Below, piece by piece: positions 46,007 through 55,785 of a stretch of 64,000 nucleotides of DNA. Position numbers and translations under genes: made by a program. Under the pieces are notes generated by a model. The model was not told the DNA's origin. It saw only the letters and a list, made by a program, of their open reading frames with translations, and did not search any database. The DNA is from a virus. The stretch's first letter is position 1. The number at the start of each line of letters is the position of its first letter. The stretch is from IMG/VR virus record IMGVR_UViG_3300046168_000050; one strand, given 5' to 3'.

Positions 46007-46555
46007 TTATTTTAGTTCAAAGGTAGTAAATCTGAATGTGGCCGGAAATGTAATGTATTGAACATCTCCGCTTGTAGATTCTAATGACATGTCACCTAGA
46101 CTTGTAGGAATACAGTCAGTATATCTTATTGTTCTTGTAGTATTATTGTGGCTTGATAATATAGAAAGTGTAATATCAGAATATGTAGGAGGCACTGTAC
46201 TAGTTCTATCAAGAGCTCTGGATTCATTTGTCTGAACCATTCTGTTCATCCAATTAAACATTTCTGTATAAGAATTTAAATTTTCATCTACGATAATTAT
46301 ACAGGTAAGCTCAGTAAATGTTAGCTTATCACCTGCAAAAGGCACAGAAGAAATATTCCTATAAGGAACTTCCATTGAATTTACTGATAACGACGGATGT
46401 AAAACAGTCTGGCAAAAAAATTCTAGATTTGCATAATGCTTGCGATCAATTGTGAGTTTAAATGCAGAAGGCTGCAAATAATTTAGATTATTCAAGCCAG
46501 ATGAGCTTGATGTAGTACTAACATCAACTGTTATATTTGTGTTTAAATCAGGCAT
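46007..46555 (-). CDS. 3: tail tube terminator gp3-like
   Basis: NYLQP..F, FFCQ, VDENL..Y.E.FNW; position after g23. Confidence 0.8.
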   Translation of the reverse strand: MPDLNTNITVDVSTTSSSSGLNNLNYLQPSAFKLTIDRKHYANLEFFCQTVLHPSLSVNSMEVPYRNISSVPFAGDKLTFTELTCIIIVDENLNSYTEMFNWMNRMVQTNESRALDRTSTVPPTYSDITLSILSSHNNTTRTIRYTDCIPTSLGDMSLESTSGDVQYITFPATFRFTTFELK

Positions 46556-46577
46556 ATCACCCTCCGAAACTTTATTC

Positions 46578-46611
46578 TATTTATACTATCATATTACGAT
46601 TGAAATGTACA
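46578..46611 (-). promoter_or_regulatory. overlapping early (TGTACA-17-TAGTAT) and late (TATAAATA) promoters
   Basis: TAGTATAAATA fused element. Confidence 0.7.
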
Positions 46612-46625
46612 CAGTTAATTAACAT

Positions 46626-46654
46626 AAAAAAAGGGGCGACTAAAAGCCGCCCCT
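46626..46654 (-). terminator. g23 terminator
   Basis: AGGGCGGC..GTCGCCCCT plus T run. Confidence 0.8.
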
Positions 46655-46676
46655 AGTAATTCCGAAACTCTTAATC

Positions 46677-48014
46677 TTATGTTAAGATGTTATCAACACG
46701 GAAGATTCTGTAGTACTGGTTGGTTTTAACTGCAGCCAGACCATTTGCAGGTGTGCCACCTACATATGGGTTAGACGCCATACCATAACGAGTTTTAAAC
46801 CCGATACGTGGCTGGAAGTCATTCTCACCAACAGCACGGACCATAGTCAATGGTACATATGGGCAATAGAATACACCAGCGTCATATGGGTTAGTACCCT
46901 TATAACCAACAGTGATGTAATCAGCAGTTGCATACGGATCGATGTATACTCTCATACGACCGTTCAGAACACCTGCGAATGTGTTGCCTGTATCATCTAC
47001 ATTCAAGTTTGTTGACAATGCTGGAGCATAATCCAAAGTACCTGAAGCAACCAGTGCTGAAGCAACATCTGATGAACAAATCATGATGTTACCTTTACCG
47101 CGACGTGTGTCTTTTGCGATTTGGTTAGCTTCACGCTCTAGCTGAACGTGCAGACCTTTGAACTTCTCAACTGACCAACGACCATCAGCATCTGTTGCTA
47201 GGTTGAAGATACCGTTGATAGCAGTGTTAGCTGTACCAGCACCAGTTTTAGCTTGGCTGTTGATTGTACGTACAACTTCACGGTTGATTTCTGCCATGAT
47301 CTCGGTTGACAAGATGTTTGACAATTCTGATTCTGCATCAAGACCGTGGATAGCTTTCAAGTCTTGTGCAAGCTCGAGTGTGTACTCTGCTTTCAATGCA
47401 CGTGACTTGGCTGTTACAGTTGATTTTTCAATGGTGAAACCCATTTCAGCAAACTGTTGACCGCCAGTAGCACCTAATCCTTCAGCTTCTGCAGTTGAAT
47501 ACAGATCTAAGCCGGCCAATGGATCAACACGCTCGTCATCGATTGTGCCTGGGCCAGTAGAAGATGAATCTACACCAGCAAGACCTGATGGTGATGCGCC
47601 CATTGCAACTGTACCTGAGTCACCTGAGTAGTTGAACGCTGCTTCGTTGAACAGTGCTTCATCATTTGCAGAAACACCTGATTTTGTGTTTTTGTAGTTT
47701 GACTTCATTGCGAAGATCAAACCTGTTGGACCAGCCATAGGCTGAACACCACATACGTCATATGCCATCAAGTTTGGCATAGCACGACGTACTAGTGAAA
47801 TAAGTACAGGGTTCCAGTTAGCAACACTAGCAGTTGTTGTACCTGCTTCTGACAAGAAACCTTGCTCTTGGTTAGTTTGCTCGGCTAGAGCTTTTTCTGT
47901 ATTTTCAAGAATGACAGCAGTTACTGCTTTCTTGTGGGCGTCAGAGATTTTGCCTGCTGATTCTTCATTAAGAACCGGAGACCATTTCTCTACGAGACGA
48001 TCATATGTATCCAT
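46677..48014 (-). CDS. 23: major capsid protein gp23
   Basis: LVRRAMP, GVQPM.GPTG, SRALKAEYT.ELAQDL, GFKTRYG. Confidence 0.97.
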   Translation of the reverse strand: MDTYDRLVEKWSPVLNEESAGKISDAHKKAVTAVILENTEKALAEQTNQEQGFLSEAGTTTASVANWNPVLISLVRRAMPNLMAYDVCGVQPMAGPTGLIFAMKSNYKNTKSGVSANDEALFNEAAFNYSGDSGTVAMGASPSGLAGVDSSSTGPGTIDDERVDPLAGLDLYSTAEAEGLGATGGQQFAEMGFTIEKSTVTAKSRALKAEYTLELAQDLKAIHGLDAESELSNILSTEIMAEINREVVRTINSQAKTGAGTANTAINGIFNLATDADGRWSVEKFKGLHVQLEREANQIAKDTRRGKGNIMICSSDVASALVASGTLDYAPALSTNLNVDDTGNTFAGVLNGRMRVYIDPYATADYITVGYKGTNPYDAGVFYCPYVPLTMVRAVGENDFQPRIGFKTRYGMASNPYVGGTPANGLAAVKTNQYYRIFRVDNILT

Positions 48015-48026
48015 TATAGGATCTCC

Positions 48027-49058
48027 TTATCGATTAGATTTTCTAAGTGCTTCTAGGTACTGAGCCATTGGTCCAGAAACTTCTACAGACTCATCTGTGT
48101 CCATTTCAGTATCTTCAACAATTGAAGACTCAGCGGTTTTCTTTGCGAAATGAGTTTCTTTGATGATTTTTACTTTCTCGGCGAAAGTATCAGCATCTTC
48201 GAAATCAATATTTTCGACAAATGATGTTAGCTTTTCTACTTGAGTTTCAGCAAGATCTTTAGACGCTTCACGGATAACCGCATCACGCTTAAATGATTCT
48301 ACTTCTTCTGCAAGTGCAAGAGCTTTTGACATTGCATCATTGAAGGACTCTTCGAGCTCTTCATTAGCTTGTGCCAATTCGTCAACCAGGTCGACTTTGG
48401 ATTCTGGTACTTCTACATAAGATTCTACGAACAGATCTTTCATCTTGCTCATAAAGCCTTCTGCGATTTCGGTACGCAAACCAGCTTGTACAGCTAATTT
48501 GTTTTCTTCCATCCAATTCTCAACCACATAGTTGAGGTAGCTATCTACTTTCTCTACGAGGTCTTCTTTAGTTGAAGCAACTTCTTCCGCTAATTCGGTT
48601 TTATATGCTTCTTCCAAACGATCGACTTCTTCTGAAAGTTTCGCTTTTACTGCTGCTTCAAAGATCAAAGCTGTTTTGGCTTTAAACTCTTCTGAAAGAG
48701 TTGCCTCAGATTCGACCAATGCATCGAGCTCATTTGAGTAGGAAAATTCTACTTCTGGAGCTTCAACCATCACCGTAGAAGATTCATCAGCTTCTACTTC
48801 TTCCATTTTGTACATCGCTGTCAAGGCCATTTTGTCCATGCCAGCCATACGGCTATTCATTGCAGTGATCAGACCAGCTTTAGTTTTTGGCATTGGATCT
48901 TGCTTAGTGTTGTCACCCTTGCGCGTTGGCGCTTTACCAGTGGCATCACCTGCTTTATCCGTTGCCGCAACAGATTGCTGTTCTGCGTTCTTTGGATCGT
49001 GAGCTTCTTCGATTCCCTCGTCGAGCTCAATATCCTGATTTTCTACTTGATCAGTCAT
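48027..49058 (-). CDS. 22: prohead scaffold gp22
   Basis: LSEEFK.K...IFEAAV, VDSYLNYVVENW. Confidence 0.93.
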   Translation of the reverse strand: MTDQVENQDIELDEGIEEAHDPKNAEQQSVAATDKAGDATGKAPTRKGDNTKQDPMPKTKAGLITAMNSRMAGMDKMALTAMYKMEEVEADESSTVMVEAPEVEFSYSNELDALVESEATLSEEFKAKTALIFEAAVKAKLSEEVDRLEEAYKTELAEEVASTKEDLVEKVDSYLNYVVENWMEENKLAVQAGLRTEIAEGFMSKMKDLFVESYVEVPESKVDLVDELAQANEELEESFNDAMSKALALAEEVESFKRDAVIREASKDLAETQVEKLTSFVENIDFEDADTFAEKVKIIKETHFAKKTAESSIVEDTEMDTDESVEVSGPMAQYLEALRKSNR

Positions 49059-49068
49059 ATTTGACTCC

Positions 49069-49728
49069 TTATAAGTTAGATTTCAATAACGAGAGGAAAT
49101 TCTTAAACTCGCGAGTTTGAACCTCGTAAAGGTCCGAACGCGGAGCACGCTTAATTTCAGTCTCTATTTTTTCAATTTCTTGAGCTTCAATGATTCCATT
49201 ATTCCAGACCCACTCGACACCTTCCATAATTCCATTTACAAAAGCATTCGGTGCAGATGGATCTTGTACGATATCAACCGTATTAAGAATAAAGTCATCC
49301 TTGACATACGCAGTACCACTACGCTGCTCAAGGCTACCCATACCACGAGTTGAGACACCTAGTTGAACACCACCTTCGAGAAGACCTTTAACAATCTGAC
49401 CCATCGGAGTATCCAATATTTGTGCCTTACCCATCACATTACTTCCCTCCATTTTGAGATTTGTAATAAGATGGGATACTTTATCTAAGTTAACAGTAGG
49501 ACCATCCGGATGGTTTAGTTCACCTACTGCTCTCTTAGCGTTAACCTGTTCTTTGACATATTTATCTACAGCCTTTTCCATAATCGGCTTTGGATATATT
49601 CTGCCATTTCTATTCTTTGCTTCCGCTTGGGCAAATACGCCTTCGATGACATAGTTCTTAGAACCGTCTTCTTTAGCTTCAACAATGCACTGTACATCAT
49701 TTTCAGTATATTCTGTAATCAGTTTCAT
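49069..49728 (-). CDS. 21: prohead protease gp21
   Basis: KNRNGRIY, GELNHP, GVSTRGMGS, DIVQDPSAP. Confidence 0.95.
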   Translation of the reverse strand: MKLITEYTENDVQCIVEAKEDGSKNYVIEGVFAQAEAKNRNGRIYPKPIMEKAVDKYVKEQVNAKRAVGELNHPDGPTVNLDKVSHLITNLKMEGSNVMGKAQILDTPMGQIVKGLLEGGVQLGVSTRGMGSLEQRSGTAYVKDDFILNTVDIVQDPSAPNAFVNGIMEGVEWVWNNGIIEAQEIEKIETEIKRAPRSDLYEVQTREFKNFLSLLKSNL

Positions 49729-49947
49729 TTAGTTGCCCTTAGCCTGTTTAATAAACTCTCTACCCATCTTTTCAGCCTCACGCTGAGTACGATAAGCATC
49801 TAATCTTTCATTATCGATATAGGTAATAAACTTACCCTTTTCTTTATGAATCATTAGAGTCACCCCGTTTATTTTTTTATCATAGACATGCTCACCAGGA
49901 GGCATGCCTTTTGACATTTTTTCACGAAGATGACGAAATTTTATCAT
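49729..49947 (-). CDS. small head protein (gp68 position)
   Basis: N-term MIKFRHLRE; late promoter upstream. Confidence 0.55.
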   Translation of the reverse strand: MIKFRHLREKMSKGMPPGEHVYDKKINGVTLMIHKEKGKFITYIDNERLDAYRTQREAEKMGREFIKQAKGN

Positions 49948-49966
49948 TTTTTAAATCCTTTGGGTT

Positions 49967-49974
49967 TATTTATA
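49967..49974 (-). promoter_or_regulatory. T4 late promoter TATAAATA
   Basis: Exact consensus. Confidence 0.75.
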
Positions 49975-49982
49975 ATAAAAAA

Positions 49983-50246
49983 TTATTCTACTTCTTCTAG
50001 CTCTAATTCATCGATAGCATCTTCAATCTCTTCATCAGTGACATCATCTACATCGATATCATCAGTTTCAGCTTCCATTTCAACTTCTTCTTCTGGCTCT
50101 TCACCATTAAAGATCTGACCTGCTACAGCAATCTTTTCTTGCTCTAGCGCATCATTCATTCTATCTTGCATTAGTTCTTGAAACGTGGGACCTGCTTTCG
50201 CAAAGTCCTGGTCAACTACATTATTAATTAAATCTTCAATACTCAT
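49983..50246 (-). CDS. 67: prohead core protein gp67-like
   Basis: Start MSIEDLI; short helix plus very acidic tail. Confidence 0.7.
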   Translation of the reverse strand: MSIEDLINNVVDQDFAKAGPTFQELMQDRMNDALEQEKIAVAGQIFNGEEPEEEVEMEAETDDIDVDDVTDEEIEDAIDELELEEVE

Positions 50247-50256
50247 GATTTGTTCC

Positions 50257-52371
50257 TTAATTAGATTGATATATATAAAAAGCCCCGCCGTGGGTATAAC
50301 CTGACGGTCCAGCTGATCTTGGCTGCCCGACAAACAATCTGGTGCCATCTTTAGTAAGTTTTAAGGCGTAACCAAAAAATCCAAAGTTAGCCGCAGAGGG
50401 TGACGATATAGTAGATTCTTCAGTCCAACTGCTACCTGCGCTATTATCTCTACTATATATGTAAACTTTTCCCTCAGAGTTATTACTACCGTTATCATAA
50501 TCAGCTGCTCCTATAGCTAAAGTATTCCCATCACCATCTAAATCTAATGCTTGTCCAAATCCATCAAAATATCCTGCAGACTTAGTTAGTGTATCAGCTA
50601 AACTCCAGCTATTACCAGATCCTTTTTTGTAAATATATACGTGACCAGAATCATTTCCAGACATGCTATCCCAACCAGCTTCACTGGTTGCTATCCAAGT
50701 ACCATCACTACTTATAGCTACAGCTCCTCCGAAATGGCTATATGCTCTGCTTGAAGGGCTATCTATACGTTGCAAGTGCGTATATCCTGAAGATGACCCT
50801 AAACTAACTATATGAATCGCGCCATTACCAGCTACTCCGCTGTTTGTCCTAAACTCTCCTATAACAGCATAATTACCGTCTCGTGATATTGCCATACAGC
50901 GTTCACCTTCTACATCAGACTTATCATCGGTTAAATAAGGTTCCATTCCAGGATAAACAAATCTAGGATTAGTGCAACCGAAACTAAAGTTATTTGAAGA
51001 ACTATTACTTGTGATATTTGTAGATTCGTAACTCCACGTGTTTGAGCTTCGCCTTAAGATCCACACTGCGCCTCTTTTATTAGTACCAGCCCTTTCAGAA
51101 ACTAACCCTATTGAGGCATCTTCATCTAATACTATACACCTACCAAAGGTGCCGGCTGAATTTGTGATGTTTAGGCTTTGTTGTAAGGACCAGGCGCCAC
51201 TACTCCACTTATAAAAATCTACGTCTACTTCATTTCTGGCAGTTACTGCCGCCCAGTTACCATCCCCAGAAACAGCATTAGCTTTACCATATTGGTCATT
51301 AGCTACATCATTAGAGAAATATCCATTTGTTTGCGTACTTACAGTAGAACCTGAACGGTTATAAAACCATAAGGTTCCGGCTTCAGCAGTAAAGCTACCA
51401 CCAATGTAATTACCACTAAAATCTACTGAATTACCAGGTATTGAAACAGCTATTTTTTCTCCGTCATTATCTATACTAAAAAAACTACCTAATCCCTTTG
51501 TTTCATTTCCGGCAGGAGTGTTTGTCGTAGACTCTAATGTAGAAGAAGACCAATCAGCTAAAAATACTAAAGTAAAAGATGAGCTTCCTGTAGTACTTTT
51601 TACACCATCTGATACTGTAAACGTCAAAGATCCGCTACCGCCGCCAGGAGCATTAGCGCTACTTTTAGGAGTAATAGTAAATACATTACCAACATTACTT
51701 ACTGTAGCTATATAATTAAATCCAGCATCTCCGGAAGCAGACCATATAAGATTTTGCCCTTCAGGGTCTGACCCAGTTAACGTAACACTAGTAGTTGTGG
51801 TGCCATCGCTAGCTAGCGCATACGTATTGCCTGTACCAGATAATGATGGTGCCTGATTTACTAATGTAAATGCCGAGCTGGAGCTAGTTGCAGTGTTTAT
51901 ACCGTCACTAGCGGTAAAGGTAAGATCAAAAGATCCTTCCAGTGCATAATTGCTAGTAGGAGCTATAGTGAATTCAGATGAGTCATTGCTTACAGTAGCT
52001 AATGATCCTAAACCAGTTTCACTAAAACTATATATAAGAGGCGTTTGATCTGAATCTACAGCATCTATAGAGATTGTAATAGGCGAACCGTAACTCATGG
52101 CATAAGTTGTATCACCTGCGCTGCTAATAGACGGACTAGCGTTAGTAAGAGCAATACTATACCAACCAGTACCATTTGAAATATACAGTCTATCAGAGTC
52201 TTCTACAAAAGCTTTAGTACCAGCAGCAATACCAGTAAGAGGTAAAGCAGCTAAAGAATCGTATTGATTGGCACTTACTCCTGCCGATGCAATCTGCCCA
52301 TCAACTGTAAATACATCGTTCTTTATCGCTTTAGATAATCTACGCGCTACTAAAGTACTTCTACTAGTCAT
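50257..52371 (-). CDS. fibre-like virion protein (Ig/cadherin-like plus FG-GAP-like propeller)
   Basis: RLYISNGTGWYSI, TFTASDG, FG.A.AISSDG repeats. Confidence 0.7.
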   Translation of the reverse strand: MTSRSTLVARRLSKAIKNDVFTVDGQIASAGVSANQYDSLAALPLTGIAAGTKAFVEDSDRLYISNGTGWYSIALTNASPSISSAGDTTYAMSYGSPITISIDAVDSDQTPLIYSFSETGLGSLATVSNDSSEFTIAPTSNYALEGSFDLTFTASDGINTATSSSSAFTLVNQAPSLSGTGNTYALASDGTTTTSVTLTGSDPEGQNLIWSASGDAGFNYIATVSNVGNVFTITPKSSANAPGGGSGSLTFTVSDGVKSTTGSSSFTLVFLADWSSSTLESTTNTPAGNETKGLGSFFSIDNDGEKIAVSIPGNSVDFSGNYIGGSFTAEAGTLWFYNRSGSTVSTQTNGYFSNDVANDQYGKANAVSGDGNWAAVTARNEVDVDFYKWSSGAWSLQQSLNITNSAGTFGRCIVLDEDASIGLVSERAGTNKRGAVWILRRSSNTWSYESTNITSNSSSNNFSFGCTNPRFVYPGMEPYLTDDKSDVEGERCMAISRDGNYAVIGEFRTNSGVAGNGAIHIVSLGSSSGYTHLQRIDSPSSRAYSHFGGAVAISSDGTWIATSEAGWDSMSGNDSGHVYIYKKGSGNSWSLADTLTKSAGYFDGFGQALDLDGDGNTLAIGAADYDNGSNNSEGKVYIYSRDNSAGSSWTEESTISSPSAANFGFFGYALKLTKDGTRLFVGQPRSAGPSGYTHGGAFYIYQSN

Positions 52372-52373
52372 AA

Positions 52374-55300
52374 TTAACCTTCTAATGAAGCTGTTGGGGC
52401 AGTAAAGTTTGCAGTATATCTTGCTAGACCTACAGTTAATCTTATTTGATGTATGTAACCTTCATATCTGCCATATATACCCATCCAATCTGAACGACCA
52501 ACATATCCTACTGGACTAGTCCAACTCACTGTGTCATAACCAGAATGTGTTATAGTATTTGTTCTTAATTGTCCATCATAGTAATGCTGCATTACCCCTG
52601 AAGAATTTCTAGTGATTGCTTGATGCTTAAAAGAACTTCCAACATTGTTGTAGCTACCAATACCGGCAGTCATCTTAAATCTTTCTACACCGCCAATCTT
52701 AAATATAGCATACAAATTATTGTCCGTAGTTATACCACTACGAGTTCCCCCAGGCCCTCCTCCAAAATAAAAGAAATTATTTGTATCTTGAAAAATTTCA
52801 AAAATAGGAGAAGCTGTAGAACCTTGCCAACCCCAAATTCCTTCGATAGTAAATGGTATAGAAGGTTTTCCTAAAATTTCCATAAACTTTAAAACAGTAG
52901 GATCAAAGTTTAAATACCTGTTGGTATTAGATCCAGAGGCAAAGCTAATCGTTGGTTCTGAACCAAACGCAGATTTAGTAGTAGAGCCAGTTGTAGGCCC
53001 GTTCATTTTAATATTATTTACTTGAGATTTATCTATGATCGAAGCATCTGCGCCTTTAATGTGTAGTGCTGCACCAGTTGAAGATAGTGGAACAGTCGGT
53101 GGAGTAAATGCGGAAGTCCTAGTAACAGAACCTTTGATTAAAGATATATCAGAAATATATCCAGTAAAATCTTGATCCCCATTAAATTGTCTGCGCCCAA
53201 AATACCACAAATCTGTTTGGAAATTAGTGCTACTTGTACTTGTGCCTATCTGCTCTCCATTAAAATAAAATTTATGATTGTTTGACGCATCTCTTGTCCA
53301 ACAAAAATGGTTCCAAGTTTTCTGCGGTACGACTTTCGTCACTTGCAAAAAGTTAGAACTTCCATCTGTCAAAATAAATAGATTATTAGAAGTGTTAAAA
53401 ATTAACCTAGCTGACTGCCCAGCATCGGACGCACTGCTTCCAGAGTAGGTAGAGAAAAGAGACTGATAATCTGAGCTTGTTCCATTTGCATAGAACCATA
53501 ATTCTAATGTAAATGCAGAGCTAGCGCCAAGTTGTAAGTTAGAAGCGTGATACGTGCTTATAGTGTCACCACTTCCATCAAAATAAACAGACCCACCGTG
53601 ATCGGCTGCATCGTATTCTGCGTAATCGTAGGGTGAAAATGGTTTTGTTGAAACACTGTTATTAATAACAGGTGCTAATGCAGTTGAAGCACCAGTTTGC
53701 GCAGCCGGATAAGATTTATGCGCCGCAAGAATAACGGTGTTACTATCAGCAACAGTAGCTTCATTATTTACTGCGCCATTGTGCGCTGCTGATCTAACGT
53801 GAAAATCACGAACATCCATTTTTGTATGGTAACTAGAAGTAGCGTACCTATCAGCACCAATTACTAATTGCTGTACATTTGCAGCTGATACGTTTGCCAT
53901 TGCACTATTAGTAGAACTGCCGACTGAACTTCCATCAATATAAAATGTTGTTGTTCCAGATGAATGTGTGATGACGTAGTAAGACCATTTATCAAAACAG
54001 GTTAAACCAGTTGCTGTGTTAATTATAGCACCCACACTTGCCAAAGTTAAACTAAAGTTTTTAAACGATAAATTTGCTTGTAATGCAAAACCATTTCCAG
54101 AAGAATACAGCCTATCAAAATCAAAAATATATGGAGTGCCGTTTGTTGTCCCAGAAGATGGTATATATGCCCAATAGCTAACACTCCAAGTCGTTCCAAG
54201 GCCACTTGCACTAGAGTGATTTGGTTCAAAGCTTTCGTCTGTGCCGTTTAAGCTTATTGAATAACCCCCACTACGATAAGGGCTAAAACTACCTGCGTAG
54301 GCATCGCCATTTACTGTAATTGTATGGTTATTAGTAGATGCATCTGTTATATTATTATTGTCTGATGTATCTACTGCTGTTGTTAGTAGAGTAGTATATC
54401 TACTATTAGCAATTATAGTAATAAAATTTAATGTAAAGCTATTAACAGAAGAAGCTTGGTTAATACCGTCACTAGTAGTAAAAGTTAAATCAAAAGTACC
54501 AGCATGCGCTTCTGTAGTTGTTGGAGTTATTATAAATTGATTAGCATTATAAACAGGCAAGTTAAATTGGGAAATCGTAGTATGATTATCCGTACCCATT
54601 ATAAACATTTTTGAGCCATCAGGTTTAAATGCTATAGCAGAACGACCTGTAGTTATACCAGTAGGTGTATAAGTAACGCTGGTATGAGATGCGGTGCTTA
54701 TATCATATCCTGTTGTTAAACTATATTCATAAATTTTTCCTACATAACCAGCTGTATGAAACGTATTAATCATAAATAATTTTTTGCCATCATTAGTAAA
54801 CTGAAAATAAGGTCTACCAACTGCTTCAGATGCAAAGTCTAAACTTTTATTAGAATAAGTCGCTGTACTAATGTCAAAAGCCGTACTAAGAGTAAATTGA
54901 TAAATTTTACGGTTTGGGTAATGCTCTGCTAGATACACGGCAGAACCATCACTATTAAATACAAAACAACCAAGCTCTCCTCCTGTTAAAACAGAACTAG
55001 AATCATATGATTTATTATCGTAACTTGCCGTACCAACATTCCAAGCAGTGCTTAAACTATATTGATATATAGTGTTGGTAGATTTATCAGCCATATACAT
55101 TTTAGTGCCGTCATTATTAAACTTAGCATCAGTTAATTGACTAACCTGACTAAGAGTGTTTGGGCTAGATCCTACAAAACTTGCTGTACTTACATCCCAA
55201 GCAGTACTTAAAGTATGCCTATTAACACGATCATTATGAGTACCCACATAATACATTTCAGTACCATCTGGTTTAAATGTAAGCGCTCCTACATTCGCAT

Positions 55301-55781
55301 TAACAGTATGAGTTCCGCTTAATATAGAAGCACTTGAAATTGCATAACCCTCACCAGTACCTTGGCCAACAGTTGCTGTAGTACCGCCTCCATTAGTCAA
55401 TGAACCTGTAGTAACAGCATAGTTATATGTTAATGGGAACCCTTCTGGATCTGCAGCAGTTATAGTAAGTACAAGAGCAGAACCATCTGTAGCAAGAGTA
55501 AATGGTGTGGTGTTACTAGAAGGATCTTCTACAGAGGTGATAGCTGGATTTGTGTTTACTAATCCAATAGAATACCATCCAGCGCCGTTACTAATATAAA
55601 GTCTATTAGATCCAGATACAAAAGCTTCATCTCCTGCTGTTAATCCTGTTGTAGGTAAATCATCCAGTGTTGCATATACAGTTACTCCAGCTCCAGCTGA
55701 TATAGCTCCAGATATGTCTAAAACATCATTAGCAACAGCTTGACCTATTCTACGTGCTATCTTTCTATTTCTAGATACCAT
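52374..55781 (-). CDS. fibre-like virion protein (propeller repeats plus LamG domains)
   Basis: QY.LSTAW repeats; SVYFDG, FTLELW, ARYTANFT. Confidence 0.75.
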   Translation of the reverse strand: MVSRNRKIARRIGQAVANDVLDISGAISAGAGVTVYATLDDLPTTGLTAGDEAFVSGSNRLYISNGAGWYSIGLVNTNPAITSVEDPSSNTTPFTLATDGSALVLTITAADPEGFPLTYNYAVTTGSLTNGGGTTATVGQGTGEGYAISSASILSGTHTVNANVGALTFKPDGTEMYYVGTHNDRVNRHTLSTAWDVSTASFVGSSPNTLSQVSQLTDAKFNNDGTKMYMADKSTNTIYQYSLSTAWNVGTASYDNKSYDSSSVLTGGELGCFVFNSDGSAVYLAEHYPNRKIYQFTLSTAFDISTATYSNKSLDFASEAVGRPYFQFTNDGKKLFMINTFHTAGYVGKIYEYSLTTGYDISTASHTSVTYTPTGITTGRSAIAFKPDGSKMFIMGTDNHTTISQFNLPVYNANQFIITPTTTEAHAGTFDLTFTTSDGINQASSVNSFTLNFITIIANSRYTTLLTTAVDTSDNNNITDASTNNHTITVNGDAYAGSFSPYRSGGYSISLNGTDESFEPNHSSASGLGTTWSVSYWAYIPSSGTTNGTPYIFDFDRLYSSGNGFALQANLSFKNFSLTLASVGAIINTATGLTCFDKWSYYVITHSSGTTTFYIDGSSVGSSTNSAMANVSAANVQQLVIGADRYATSSYHTKMDVRDFHVRSAAHNGAVNNEATVADSNTVILAAHKSYPAAQTGASTALAPVINNSVSTKPFSPYDYAEYDAADHGGSVYFDGSGDTISTYHASNLQLGASSAFTLELWFYANGTSSDYQSLFSTYSGSSASDAGQSARLIFNTSNNLFILTDGSSNFLQVTKVVPQKTWNHFCWTRDASNNHKFYFNGEQIGTSTSSTNFQTDLWYFGRRQFNGDQDFTGYISDISLIKGSVTRTSAFTPPTVPLSSTGAALHIKGADASIIDKSQVNNIKMNGPTTGSTTKSAFGSEPTISFASGSNTNRYLNFDPTVLKFMEILGKPSIPFTIEGIWGWQGSTASPIFEIFQDTNNFFYFGGGPGGTRSGITTDNNLYAIFKIGGVERFKMTAGIGSYNNVGSSFKHQAITRNSSGVMQHYYDGQLRTNTITHSGYDTVSWTSPVGYVGRSDWMGIYGRYEGYIHQIRLTVGLARYTANFTAPTASLEG

Positions 55782-55785
55782 TCTA

